DNA from: Paraphysomonas bandaiensis
Lineage: Eukaryota > Protista > Chrysophyceae
Direction of reading: 5' to 3'
Assembly: GCA_965644295.1 (NCBI GenBank)
Contig: CBFFRP010000025.1
Coordinates: 138,978 to 202,977 of the forward strand
DNA: 64,000 nt
Shown one piece after another: positions 11,870 through 26,029 of this stretch. Position 1 is the first letter of the stretch; the number at the start of each line of letters is the position of its first letter. The position numbers were made by a program, and so were the translations under genes. The notes below the pieces were generated by a model. That model was not told where the DNA came from, ran no database searches, and worked only from the letters and a program-made list of their open reading frames with translations.

Positions 11870-14800
11870 TTAGGACATACCGGTAGAACTATCGGACATG
11901 TACGCCAAATTATATCTCAAATCAGGAGGGGTATCAGGGCGCGTACCAAGTGCTGAAACAGGAATATTATAATCTATAAAAGCTGTAGCATCATCGCTGT
12001 TGTCACTTAGCCACGATATTTCTTGTATATGATACGTTGGTTGACTTTCACTACTGTCATCATCACTAGGACTGTACGAGGAAACTAGCCTCTCGTTACA
12101 ATATGAGGATGTGGCGGAAACACTCACTGGTACAGGTGAGACTGCTCGCACCACATTGCTTTTCTCTGCATCTTGAGGTGAAATTGGAACCTCATCACAA
12201 TGATTCAAATGACATGTAGCTGAAGATATTTCTTTAGGTATCACATGTGTGCGGGACACTTTCTTTTTGTGGTTCCACGAGAGAATCATTTCTCGAATTA
12301 TGACAGTAAAAATTATTGCACCCAGTGTCATTACCAATTTTGCATGTGCGTGAAAGTAAAACGCCAAAGTGAACACCACACCGATACATAGGGGCTGCAA
12401 CAAGTGAATAGCAAGTTTCTGCCTCCACACTTGCACTGAGGCCAGATACAACATCATTGTAGTACATATGGATGCTGTGCTGATACGATAGACAGAGGAG
12501 GCCATCGCGTGTAACGGCTGCTGCGTCAAATACGATCCAGACATACTCAGTGAGACAGGTGGAAAAAATGTGTGATACGACCGAACAATAGACGCCGCCA
12601 AGGTGCAGGGAAAATGTTCAGCTATACGATTCGATACGAAAAAATAATATGCTGTGTTAAAGATTGGCAAGGTTTCGGCATCGTCGAGTAGTATATTCTC
12701 CGCTAGCTTATCAAGTATAGTATACAGTTGTCGAATTCCATCAAAAGCCAGACCAGGAATCCTGAAGTGAACCCACACACATTCCGATGTAGAAAATATA
12801 GCTACTTCAACAGCAGAGAGAAGTATACTGGCATACACATACGATGCATGCCATACAGGATCGTGAATTGCTGCTATCTGCATTACGAATAGCACAAACA
12901 CAACATTGGTCACAAATACAATTGAGCACGCGAGCACTCGTGCCACGGGGTTAAAATTTCGAAAATGCTTAAAACTGCATTGCATTCATTAGTACACACA
13001 CGAATATAACGAAATATGTTTACATACTCTGTTTTCAATTTTCGAAAAAGAAGACGACCATCTGAACTTGCTCTTCCCAAAAAATCAATGAAGAAAGCAT
13101 GCAATATTTCCAATCCGATTCGAGAATCAGAGGCACCCCTCAAAGTATTCAGCTTCATACGAGAGATTTCCTCAACAAGATGCAACTCAGATTCAATTCT
13201 TCTTTGTTGGCGGGAAAAACAAAGAATGTCTTCAAATGGTGAATATAAGGTTTCAAAGCGCTGAGTCTGGGGGTTCCATCTACAAAATACCAATTAGTTA
13301 CATCTTGAATAATACACCAGTTACCAACCCCCACTCATTCGCCAACTTAATTTTTTCTTCCTCTGACAATTCTTTGTACATGGAGTTAAACATTGTAGAA
13401 AATGAAGACAAATCACGATCATTATTTTCGCACACAAATTCTTGATTGCTTGTAAAAGATTTTAAATGTTCTAGTCTTTCCCGCATTGTAAGATGAGTGC
13501 CGCAACGATAATTCAAATGACTTGCCCGTTGCTCGATATGCTCCTTGTAGGCACGTGTAGCGGCGGCATGTGCAGTTAAAAAGCTGTCCGGCATGCGGCA
13601 ATATATCCCACCATTGGATAAATATGAAAGTATATTCGAGTATATGGAGCCAAGGCTCGATTTCTTGGTATGACAACTAGAGTTTACGTTGTTCGTCAAC
13701 AAAGTACCTTCTCCAGGAGATTTCGCGTGTGAATCTTGACAAGTTGGGGCACATATAACATCATCAAATAAATAATCCAACAAAATAATTGCTGGGGATG
13801 TCACAATCGATGTTATAATACAGATGAAAGCTATCACCTAGAAATATAAACCACTCAAAAAAATATAATAATGGAAGAAAATACATGACAGCGGTTACCT
13901 CTAATCGCATCACAGGTGGATTGAAATCGCATGATTCAACACCGCGGTGACCGTCAATGCTCCATGTGCACATCCTGTAAGGGTGATACGAAAACGAAAA
14001 GGACGTTCCTTCTAAGCATTTTTCCTCGGTTGTAAATACAGAGCACATACTGTTAGATGAGGGATACTGTGAGCAATGTTAAAGCGGTTACACTGAACGC
14101 ATAGATTAATATCATACCTCTATATTTAACAGAATACCAAGTATCCACATCTGGAGCATAATCACGGATATCATATGCCAAATATATGGAACTATACACC
14201 AATTACAACTCAATCTGGAATAAATAACACCCGAAAAGCGATGATGGCACCGTAGCTCACGGAAAACTGATCGCCAGGTTAGCCTATACTCTGGACGAAA
14301 GGCGTGAGGCAGCGCCTCCATAAGATAAGCTACAATCTCCCCCTTGGCAGTAGCTGTGTCATGGGTACAGACATTGCCAACTGGAACAACTTTGCCCATA
14401 TTTTCGACCCTTCCTGATACCGACCGAACCCGCCCGCGCAATCGACTGGAACTCAACGCCAACACCGTAACCATCAAGCCGACTCCGAAGATAAAGAGCA
14501 GATAGCCACCAACAACATTGAAATCTGAAACAGCGAGAGAGGAAACCGACGCAACTGAAAAGTGAAAACGAACAACACTGGAAATTTTTGTTGTATCTAT
14601 GCTGGGTTCAACAGTTCGGAACTCACTAGAAATACTGGATGGTTCAGGGCTCACTATAGAAAGATCCCCGCTTGGTACTGCAGAAGGGACTCCACTCGGA
14701 CAACAGGTTGGTTCTGTGCTTGGTACTACCGTGGGAACCCCACTGGGAGAAGTAGATGGTGCCGCACTAGGAACTGAAGTAGGTAACACACTCGGAGTAC

Positions 14801-17800
14801 AGGTTGGTATTGTACTCGGTTCTCCACTGGGAGAATTAGATGGTAACACACTTGGTATTGAAGTAGGTTCGCTACTTGGATCCCCGCTTGGTACTGCAGA
14901 AGGGACTCCACTCGGACAACAGGTTGGTTCTGTGCTTGGTACTACCGTGGGAACCCCACTGGGAGAAGTAGATGGTGCCGCACTAGGAACTGAAGTAGGT
15001 AACACACTCGGAGTACAGGTTGGTATTGTACTCGGTTCTCCACTGGGAGAATTAGATGGTAACACACTTGGTATTGAAGTAGGTTCGCTACTTGGATCCC
15101 CGCTTGGTACTGCAGAAGGGACTCCACTCGGACAACAGGTTGGTTCTGTGCTTGGTACTACCGTGGGAACCCCACTGGGAGAAGTAGATGGTGCCGCACT
15201 AGGAACTGAAGTAGGTAACACACTCGGAGTACAGGTTGGTATTGTACTCGGTTCTCCACTGGGAGAATTAGATGGTAACACACTTGGTATTGAAGTAGGT
15301 TCGCTACTTGGATCCCCGCTTGGTACTGCATAAGGGACTCCACTCGGACAACAGGTTGGTTCTGTGCTTGGTACTACCGTGGGAACCCCACTGGGAGAAT
15401 AAGATGGTGCCGCACTAGGAACTGATGTAGGTAACACACTCGGAGTACAGGTTGGTATTGTACTCGGTTCTCCACTGGGACGAACAGATGGTACTTCACT
15501 TGGTACTGAGGTTGGTTCTCCACTCGGAGCCCCACTTGGAACTGATGAAGGCTCTCGAATAGGAGTATTGGAGGGTACTGCAGTTGGTTCTACACTGGGA
15601 CAAACAGATGGTACTTCACTTGGTACTGAGGTTGGTTCTCCACTCGGAGCCCCGCTTGGAACTAAAGATGGCTCTCCACTGGGACAAACAGATGGTACTT
15701 CACTTGGTACTGAGGTTGGTTCACTACTCGGAGCCCCACTTGGAACTGAAGTAGGTTCTCGAATAGGAGTATTGGAGGGTACCGCAGTTGGCTCTCCACT
15801 GGGACAAACAGATGGTACTTCACTTGGTACTGAAGTAGGTTCACTACTCGGAGCCCCACTTGGAACTGATGAAGGCTCTCGAATAGGAGTATTGGAGGGT
15901 ACTGCAGTTGGTTCTACACTGGGACAAACAGATGGTACTTCACTTGGTACTGAGGTTGGTTCACTACTCGGAACCCCACTTGGAACTGAAGAAGGTTCTC
16001 GAATGGGATTATTGGAGGGTACTGCAGTTGGTTCTCCACTGGGACAAACAGATGGTACTTCACTTGGTACTGAGGTTGGTTCACTACTCGGAGCCCCACT
16101 TGGAACTGAAGAAGGTTCTCGAATAGGAGTATTGGAGGGTACCGCAGTTGGTTCTACACTGGGACAAACAGATGGTACTTCACTTGGTACTGAAGTAGGT
16201 TCACTACTCGGAGCCCCACTTGGAACTGATGAAGGCTCTCGAATAGGAGTATTGGAGGGTACTGCAGTTGGTTCTACACTGGGACAAACAGATGGTACTT
16301 CACTTGGTACTGAGGTTGGTTCTCCACTCGGAGCCCCAGTTGGAACTAAAGATGGTTCTCCACTGGGACAAACAGATGGTACTTCACTTGGTACTGAGGT
16401 TGGTTCACTACTCGGAGCCCCACTTGGAACTGAAGAAGGTTCTCGAATAGGAGTATTGGAGGGTACCGCAGTTGGCTCTCCACTGGGACAAACAGATGGT
16501 ACTTCACTTGGTACTGAGGTTGGTTCTCCACTCGGAGCCCCGCTTGGAACTAAAGATGGCTCTCCACTGGGACAAACAGATGGTACTTCACTTGGTACTG
16601 AGGTTGGTTCACTACTCGGAGCCCCACTTGGAACTGAAGAAGGTTCTCGAATAGGAGTATTGGAGGGTACCGCAGTTGGCTCTCCACTGGGACAAACAGA
16701 TGGTACTTCACTTGGTACTGAAGTAGGTTCACTACTCGGAGCCCCACTTGGAACTGATGAAGGCTCTCGAATAGGAGTATTGGAGGGTACCGCAGTTGGT
16801 TCTACACTGGGACAAACAGATGGTACTTCACTTGGTACTGAGGTTGGTTCTCCACTCGGAGCCCCACTTGGAACTAAAGATGGTTCTACACTGGGACAAA
16901 CAGATGGTACTTCACTTGGTACTGAGGTTGGTTCACTACTCGGAGCCCCACTTGGAACTGAAGAAGGTTCTCGAATAGGAGTATTGGAGGGTACCGCAGT
17001 TGGCTCTCCACTGGGACAAACAGATGGTACTTCACTTGGTACTGAAGTAGGTTCACTACTCGGAGCCCCACTTGGAACTGATGAAGGCTCTCGAATAGGA
17101 GTATTGGAGGGTACTGCAGTTGGTTCTACACTGGGACAAACAGATGGTACTTCACTTGGTACTGAAGTAGGTTCACTACTCGGAGCCCCACTTGGAACTG
17201 AAGAAGGTTCTCGAATAGGAGTATTGGAGGGTACTGCAGTTGGTTCTACACTGGGACAAACAGATGGTACTTCACTTGGTACTGAGGTTGGTTCTCCACT
17301 CGGAGCCCCACTTGGAACTAAAGATGGTTCTCCACTGGGACAAACAGATGGTACTTCACTTGGTACTGAGGTTGGTTCACTACTCGGAGCCCCACTTGGA
17401 ACTGAAGAAGGTTCTCGAATAGGAGTATTGGAGGGTACCGCAGTTGGCTCTCCACTGGGACAAACAGATGGTACTTCACTTGGTACTGAAGTAGGTTCAC
17501 TACTCGGAGCCCCACTTGGAACTGATGAAGGCTCTCGAATAGGAGTATTGGAGGGTACTGCAGTTGGTTCTACACTGGGACAAACAGATGGTACTTCACT
17601 TGGTACTGAGGTTGGTTCACCACTCGGAGCCCCACTTGGAACTAAAGATGGTTCTCCACTGGGACAAACAGATGGTACTTCACTTGGTACTGAAGTAGGT
17701 TCACTACTCGGAGCCCCACTTGGAACTGAAGAAGGTTCTCGAATAGGAGTATTGGAGGGTACCGCAGTTGGCTCTCCACTGGGACAAACAGATGGTACTT

Positions 17801-20615
17801 CACTTGGTACTGAAGTAGGTTCACTACTCGGAGCCCCACTTGGAAATGATGAAGGCTCTCGAATAGGAGTATTGGAGGGTACTGCAGTTGGTTCTACACT
17901 GGGACAAACAGATGGTACTTCACTTGGTACTGAGGTTGGTTCACCACTCGGAGCCCCACTTGGAACTAAAGATGGTTCTCCACTGGGACAAACAGATGGT
18001 ACTTCACTTGGTACTGAGGTTGGTTCACTACTCGGAGCCCCACTTGGAACTGAAGAAGGTTCTCGAATGGGAGTATTGGAGGGTACTGCTGTTGGTTCTA
18101 CACTGGGACAAACAGATGGTACTTCACTTGGTACTGAGGTTGGTTCTCCACTCGGAGCCCCAGTTGGAACTAAAGATGGTTCTCCACTGGGACAAACAGA
18201 TGGTACTTCACTTGGTACTGAGGTTGGTTCACTACTCGGAGCCCCAGTTGGAACTGAAGAAGGTTCTCGAATAGGAGTATTGGAGGGTACCGCAGTTGGC
18301 TCTCCACTGGGACAAACAGATGGTACTTCACTTGGTACTGAAGTAGGTTCACTACTCGGAGCCCCACTTGGAACTGATGAAGGCTCTCGAATAGGAGTAT
18401 TGGAGGGTACTGCAGTTGGTTCTACACTGGGACAAACAGATGGTACTTCACTTGGTACTGAGGTTGGTTCACCACTCGGAGCCCCACTTGGAACTAAAGA
18501 TGGTTCTCCACTGGGACAAACAGATGGTACTTCACTTGGTACTGAAGTAGGTTCACTACTCGGAGCCCCACTTGGAACTGAAGAAGGTTCTCGAATAGGA
18601 GTATTGGAGGGTACTGCAGTTGGTTCTACACTGGGACAAACAGATGGTACTTCACTTGGTACTGAGGTTGGTTCTCCACTCGGAGCCCCACTTGGAACTA
18701 AAGATGGTTCTCCACTGGGACAAACAGATGGTACTTCACTTGGTACTGAGGTTGGTTCACTACTCGGAGCCCCACTTGGAACTGAAGAAGGTTCTCGAAT
18801 AGGAGTATTGGAGGGTACCGCAGTTGGCTCTCCACTGGGACAAACAGATGGTACTTCACTTGGTACTGAAGTAGGTTCACTACTCGGAGCCCCACTTGGA
18901 ACTGATGAAGGCTCTCGAATAGGAGTATTGGAGGGTACTGCAGTTGGTTCTACACTGGGACAAACAGATGGTACTTCACTTGGTACTGAGGTTGGTTCAC
19001 CACTCGGAGCCCCACTTGGAACTAAAGATGGTTCTCCACTGGGACAAACAGATGGTACTTCACTTGGTACTGAGGTTGGTTCACTACTCGGAGCCCCACT
19101 TGGAACTGAAGAAGGTTCTCGAATGGGAGTATTGGAGGGTACTGCTGTTGGTTCTACACTGGGACAAACAGATGGTACTTCACTTGGTACTGAGGTTGGT
19201 TCTCCACTCGGAGCCCCAGTTGGAACTAAAGATGGTTCTCCACTGGGACAAACAGATGGTACTTCACTTGGTACTGAGGTTGGTTCACTACTCGGAGCCC
19301 CAGTTGGAACTGAAGAAGGTTCTCGAATAGGAGTATTGGAGGGTACCGCAGTTGGCTCTCCACTGGGACAAACAGATGGTACTTCACTTGGTACTGAGGT
19401 TGGTTCACTACTCGGAGCCCCACTTGGAACTGAAGAAGGTTCTCGAATAGGAGTATTGGAGGGTACCGCAGTTGGCTCTCCACTGGGACAAACAGATGGT
19501 ACTTCACTTGGTACTGAGGTTGGTTCCCCACTCGGAGCCCCAGTTGGAACTAAAGATGGTTCTCCACTGGGAGGAACAGACGGTACTTCACTTGGTACTG
19601 AGGTTGGTTCACTACTTGGTATTGTAGTAGGAACACTACTCGGTGATGTGGTCGGATGTAGTGTTGGGGTATGCGTCGGCATTTTCGTCGGTGCGGCGGT
19701 TGGAAGGGCAGTTGGAAATTCGCACTCTCGTGAAGTGACTTGAGTAATATAAAAAGTTGTCAAACTTGTGATTGCGCAGAGGCCTAATGGGAAACCGGGA
19801 TCAAAACTATTGAATTGCATATGTAGCAGTCTTAGTTTGGTTAAACTAGTTAGAGAGTTAGGTATTGAGCCGGTGAGAGAATTACCATTAAGCCACATGT
19901 AACTGAGTCGAGTTAGTCCTCCTATACTACCTGGAATGGTATGAGTGAGCTGGTTACCCTGAAGAGCCAAGAAAGTCAATGACGTTGCATCCCCGATCTC
20001 CGAAGGAATACTACCAGCTAATGAGTTCAAAGCAAGATGGAGATAAGTCAATTCGCTCATGTCACCAATTTGAGTTGGGATGCTTCCCGTAAGCATATTG
20101 CTATACAGATGTAAGTAAGACAATGAGGCCATCCCTCCAATAGAAGACGGCACCACCCCAGTGATAGAATTAGAATGTACAATAAAAGATTTCAGATCAC
20201 TGAGGCTGGAAATGGATTGCGGGATCGATCCCACAATACTCTTCGAATTCAGGTCAATTGACGTAATCACTGAGCCTGTACATACGATGCCAGTCCATGA
20301 ACATTTATTAGCAACATCTCCGCAAGACCATCCACTTGGCACTTTTGCATTAACATTTGTAGAAGATATAAAGTCACACAAGAAGGTGTTCTCGGTATCA
20401 CCGTAACTTGTAACGTAAAATCCTTTGAAAAGAGTGCGTGACGTATACTGTGAGCCCGAAAGTGATTCAGGAATTACTCCTACAATCAAATACATATGCT
20501 CATAAACTATAGTATAAAATATGACTACTATACCTCGACTAGAAGCAATGGTGACACAATAGTTTAATTCCCAAATAGTTAATATAACGCAAAGAGAAAA
20601 GTGTTGCAGTCTCAT
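11870..20615 (-). CDS. Giant cell-surface protein: signal peptide, plant-type LRRs, ~1700-aa Pro/Ser/Thr (EPTSVPS) stalk, multi-pass TM C-terminal domain; multi-exon
   Basis: ORF 14112-20615 has CSWTGIVC cap, LxxLxLxxNxLTGSIP LRRs, repeat stalk and a TM helix. Predicted introns 20480-20533, 14067-14117 and 13838-13898 link in frame to the hydrophobic ORFs down to 13298; linkage to 12910-13293 and 11870-12985 is less exactly resolved. Confidence 0.78.
14660..19620. repeat. Coding minisatellite: interleaved 120-bp and 84-bp units (about 15480-19620) plus ~3.7 copies of a 216-bp unit (about 14660-15480)
   Basis: Recurring 'ctgggacaaacagatggtacttcacttggtactga' at 84/120-bp spacing; identical short ORFs at 216-bp spacing (14726, 14942, 15158). 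Confidence 0.95.
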
Positions 20616-21381
20616 TGTTTATAAAGTAAAAAAAGATCTGATTCAATACACCCCTGCACGATAAAGCTCTGAGCTACTTATACGATCAGTAGATACTCAC
20701 GATATACAGTAAAGTCATTGAATTATATATGAAACAGTTCATCGGTTCATATTCCAGCAGGACGCATATCATTATAATGACACAGTGATATGTGAAGGAG
20801 CTTGTGTTGATTTATATTCATACGAGGATTTGAAGGAGCTTGTCACGACCACACCAGCAGCGCATATCTGGCTGGTTCGGTACACTTCCTCTACTTTCTA
20901 TGATACGACACTCAGCAAGTGCACTGAAGCTACGTGCTGAACAATACAAACGTGGACACTTTGTCCTTCAGTGGAATACAGTCAGAGTACAGATTAAATA
21001 CGTAGTCGACATAATACAAAAAGTGTACACACGTCATCATACATACAGGCCGAGGGGTATCGGTGGTTTGCAAAAAAAAAACTTGTAGTTCTTGCATGCA
21101 AAGTTCCGATGAGGCGCAAAAAACCTGGATTTTTTTGCTTACACGGCAGCTGATATCCTCTATCCAGAATATACTGTACTGTACAGCTGCACCTTCAGCA
21201 GCCAGCATATATAAATACCACTCAGATGACAAGCAGGACTTAAAACTTGCAACAAAGCGGCCTGCACATTAGCTGTAATTGTTGTACAAGAGTAATCATA
21301 ACATAGTTTAATCTCATTCACATCTGTATAGCTGATTTTATCGTTTAATTTTGTTGATTTTGACTATTTCCACTATTCATT

Positions 21382-22691
21382 ATGGATCAGCGAATCCTTC
21401 ATATAGCTCTTGGCATGGTGTTCTCTGACCTGGATAGAAATTCGCGCGCGGTGCGACATGATGATCACATTGCAGTGGAGGCTGAAGGCGATATTAGTTT
21501 GACAGTGAGGGTGTTTTGGCCCGACGTGTTCCAGCGAATGAGGGATAAATTTCATATTACATTGGGAGAAATTCGCGATGAATTAGAGCATGGACCATTA
21601 GTTGTTAGCGAATTAGCGGGAGAGTGTGATTCTGGTTGTTTGTTTTCTGCTCGCGAGCGTATAGTCGTGCGAGGGTTGTCATCAGATGAGTACGCCATGT
21701 TTCGTGATACGTTTGAAGCCTTTTCATCATATACCTTGGAGCAGGATGAAACGCTTTTACCACTTCATATTGCATTTTTTCGAATAGAAACAAGCATAAA
21801 GCTCAAAACCAAGTCGCAATATTTTACAGTTAGTCGGTCACTATTTCCCAGGCAGAATCACGAGCATCTGTTTTTCCTAGATCTGAAAGGGTGCTCTACA
21901 CGGGCCCGCACGGAGGAGGGGGGTATACTAAAGGACGGGGATGTGACATGGGAGCATGAGATGTCTTTTACACAACAGGAGCGAGAAGATGTATTGCGTG
22001 TGCTAAAAAATGATGTTCATTTCCTCCAGAACTTAAACATGACAAACTACTCCCTGATGGTTGCCATCACGAAACGGTATGTACAGACGAGTCTGCAACT
22101 ACCTGGACAGCCCTACGGGCCCGACGCGAATGAGAATGAGTCTGATGACCACAAGAAGACCCTTCCGATTCGTCACGACCTCGCTGATGGGGCAAAGGCT
22201 ATCCGGGCTGACCTGGTTCCAAAGCCAAGGTTCTGTGACGAGCACCCAGAGTGGTTAGTTCCCACCACCATTTTACCATACGATTATAATATTTTATCCA
22301 GGGAATACTATTTTGGATTAATTGATGTTCAGACTCCATTTAAAACTAAGGCTAAAATAGCCAGGTAATTGCTAGATATTCACGTATATTGCTATGGTCT
22401 GTAATTTTTTGTGTAAACAGAGCTTTCCGCATTGCAATGGGTGCAAGCAAAGAAGATATATCCAATATGCCACCGCTGGAATATGGCGAGAGATTCATTA
22501 ACTTCATGGAGTCTACGGTAACAAATTATAATTTCAATTTAGGTAGGCTTAGTATTTTATACAGATTTTCCCCAGTTACTTTGAGGAAGGGTGATGCACA
22601 CAGACTTCAAATGCATGTTGCTTGTGGTGTGTTGCTTGGTATATCACCTTTCAGTGGCTGTTATAGCGACGCATCTGTAGCAAGTGTATAG
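21382..22691 (+). CDS. Phosphatidylinositol-phosphate kinase (PIP5K/PIP4K fold)-like protein, probably catalytically impaired; intron 22365-22420; 3' end uncertain
   Basis: VFQRMRDKF, LDLKGCS, LKDGD, DVHFLQNLNMTNYSL, YYFGLIDV and ISNMPPLEYGERFINFME follow PIPKc motif order. Confidence 0.75.
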
Positions 22692-23043
22692 TTTGTGTGT
22701 TGGTGCCATCGATTAACGTGATTTCTAATGGATAATTACAATTACATGTATAACCGGTAGACGATCTGGTAATCACATACCGTAGTGCTATTTTTTGTGA
22801 CCACATCGTGTTTGATGGCATGCTGCAACAGCTCCACCCATAACCCTTCTTTTGCTTCAGTACACCGTACACCCTTCCTACAGGACACTACCAACATAGC
22901 CAAGTCCCTATTGCAACCTCTTCGTTATTATCATTTATTTTCTCAAAAGAACACTCGAGCAGTGACTTCTGGTACCAGTTTATTACTACTCATATCGCCG
23001 ATTTAATTACATGAATTATTATTTGAGTTAATCCTATGGATAT

Positions 23044-23837
23044 CAGGCTTGCGTAACAATTAATTGGTGACAGGTGCCCAACAATAATAATTGCAATTAT
23101 TAATCAAGTATCCAATTATTGCCAATTAATTGCCTTTAATTCTATTGATAGATTTTAGAATAACTTTCTGAACTATAATCTCCTCCCAAAGAAACATCAT
23201 CATTTCTAGGTGTCTAGGTGTCATTCGCTTGCGAAAATCTAGTCATAACAATCTTAGCTCTGCTAAACAACATTTCACAAAAATTGGTAGTGCTATACAA
23301 ATACTTTATGCAAGTTTGATGCGTGCTTTTTGGCGCTTTCGGTTGACCTCGTCTTCCTCCTCACCTCATCATCTTTCTTTTCAAGTTCACCTTGGTGTGC
23401 AGGTACATCGTTTATCGAAAAGCACCTGTGCTTTTTCATCGCGGTTCAGTTCTTCTTCCCTACCGCGCTGAATTTTGACTACTGCTCTTTCGAAATTTGC
23501 ACTTTGAACAATGTCCGCGTCTGCACCCAGGTGAAATTTCATCCCAGGGTACTGACCAAAAAAAACATCAAACTAGTTTATTCGATGCCATCCTGTTGAA
23601 TAAATAAGAATGATAAGTATGGCTATCCACTGATTCTAGTCCATTATTGTTGTACACACACTACGAATCCTCTGTGTTAAGGTATTCTTGCACACATACA
23701 TCCAAACTACTGTACGCTAACATATAACGGGCTTGTACCTAAGATCAGTAGCTATACATCGTAAGATGCTATATATAATTTACCAATAATAATTGAAATT
23801 ATCACTTTTAAAACCAATTAATTGTTATGCAAGCCTG
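23044..23837 (-). mobile_element. Non-autonomous hAT-type DNA transposon, copy A
   Basis: 24-bp TIRs caggcttgcgtaacaattaattgg / ccaattaattgttatgcaagcctg (1 mismatch); flanking 8-mers atggatat/atatatat (6/8); internally homologous to 41319-42421 in inverted orientation. Confidence 0.82.
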
Positions 23838-24022
23838 ATATATATAATAATTATAGTCTTTCATCAATCTTCGATTATTTCAGATTTTCGCAAAAAATAT
23901 GCCGCTATCTAAAAATTTTGCAGTGTAAAAAACATTATTAAACTTGGGTGCTTATTGGAAATAATTATAATTTCTATTATGATTTGATGTCCCTTTTCTA
24001 TTTTGCAATTAATTGAAAATCC

Positions 24023-24285
24023 ATTAATTGATACGCAGCCCTGATATGTGGTGCTAAACCGTAGAAAGGCCCTCACTATATTAGTATTATTACTAACTCA
24101 CGTTATTATACCCCTGAAATATACTGTCGAGTGGTATACCGGTATATCTAATGAGCTATACCAGGTGAACATACGTCATACATCGTACACAGTACTTGTT
24201 GCAGATAGCACAAAGAATAGCACTACGGACGGAAAGATAAAGTTTTGGCTGCCCAGCGATTACAATTAATTGATACGCAGCCCTG
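24023..24285. repeat. Two orphan hAT-like terminal sequences (24023-24043, 24265-24285)
   Basis: Identical 21-mer attaattgatacgcagccctg, resembling the right TIR of the 23044-23837 element. Confidence 0.55.
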
Positions 24286-24608
24286 CCACATATCCACGAA
24301 TAGCATTTCTCAAGAATTGAGGTAATTTCAACTCCATGGAGTCATGGAGACACAGTTAACAGTTACACCTCAGCATTTACGCGTTTACTACATGTACTTA
24401 TCCTTCATTTACTTCTATATACTACATACATGCCATAGAGGAAAAGATGCCTTCGACATTTAGACAGCGCTGAAGATAAGGTTGAAATCTTCTTTACATA
24501 TAGTTATATGCAACAACAGCTTTTGTACATCATTTTGGATCAAAACCACTAACCACTAATATGCAATATACAGCAAAAATGGGTCAGTCAAATATAACTT
24601 AAATTAAC

Positions 24609-25732
24609 TCAGTTTATATTCCAGTCAATGGGGTCCTTTCCCATTTTAATCAGGGCATCATTACATCTTGAAAAACACCTTCATCAAAGACACTCGTCAC
24701 GAATGAAATCCACCAATATTCAACATACCTTGATCCTATAAATGGTTCGTTTGTTTTTGTTGCCCCAAGTGGGGATGGGTGTGATGACGATATTACGACA
24801 TGGTTAGCCGTATTAATGGATTTACACCTGCAAATCATTAGCAAGTAACATAGGTATAAGGAACCCAATTTTACTGACTTTGTCTGAGCAGGTTTCCCCC
24901 ACAACATGAAGACGACGCCGTCTTGCTTACGACTAACGTAGCGTACAACAGCGTCAGTGAACTCCTCCCAACCTTTCTTCTGGTGGGAATTGGCCTCTCC
25001 TCTGCGTACTGTCAGACAGGTATTAAGCAGCAGCACGCCTTGTTTACTCCTGCACCGTACCGTTACCAGCGCTTCGACTTTAACATAAGATAAAATCTTA
25101 CCAGCAGGATAGATCACCGTGGGTTGGTGCTCGTATTCCAACATCCGCCTAAGCAACGTTCAGCCACTGGAGAAATATGCATTGTGAATTTCAGTTACCT
25201 TTGCTTCTTTGAATATATTCTTCAGACTTGGGGGTGGAGGGTTGCCACGCAAAACTGAAAATGCCAAACCATGCGCCTGATTCGGCCCATGATACGGGTC
25301 TTGGCCTAGTATAACTACCTTGATAGAGTCGAAATCACAGAGTTGGAAAGCAGAAAAAATGAAATCTCGAGGAGGGTACACTGTTCGATTAGCTATTTCT
25401 TTATCTACAAAACTCACTAGACGCTTGAAATATGCCCTCGAAAACTCTGATTCTAAATAAGTTTGCCAACTGCCAAAGTTGCAAGTTGATATCAAAGACG
25501 ATAAGAGATTTGAAGTTTCTCCAGATAATTCCACAGATGCGATGGTACCTTTCTCATTGATCTCTTGTTCAGTAACTACGCTATCATGTTCCTCGCTTGA
25601 CTCATCTACCGTAGAACTCGGAATAGTATCTTCATCTTTCTTAACTTGTGGTTCAGTTGAAGTAGAGTCAGAGTCTTTAACACGTTTCGGTGCAGGTGAA
25701 AAGAATGATCGTATACTCCTCTTGTTGCTCAT
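24609..25732 (-). CDS. UNG: Uracil-DNA glycosylase (family 1), multi-exon
   Basis: GQDPYH, HGLAFSV, PPPSLKNIFKE, QGVLLLN, VFMLWG, HPSPL, C-terminal PIDW; N-terminal PIP-like SIRSFF. An extra upstream exon cannot be excluded. Confidence 0.93.
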
Positions 25733-26029
25733 ACTCACGCCCTATAACCTGATGGCTTTAGAGTGGGATTGCTACTTTTCACTCTATCGAGTGGAAGAGA
25801 CACTAACGGGTTAAACGTAATGAACTAGTCTTTTATTCGTGTCTAGGAGTAGCAGTTAGGAGTGCATTGAATATTCGAATATTTAAAATGCTTGTGGATT
25901 GTGCATGTATATAGTTCGTAGGGGGTATGGTACACCAGTATACGGTATACCATACACTGTACATAGTAGATATACTCTGCACATGCAAGCTACAGTAATA
26001 TCGATACTGTATTGATATCTGATACAGTA

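Noticed and set aside
14599-19743. Long + strand ORFs (244 aa and 1391 aa, Gly/Thr/Leu-rich) and many 60-128-aa ORFs
   Set aside because: Antisense or off-frame shadows of the coding minisatellite; confined to the repeat and lacking independent domains.
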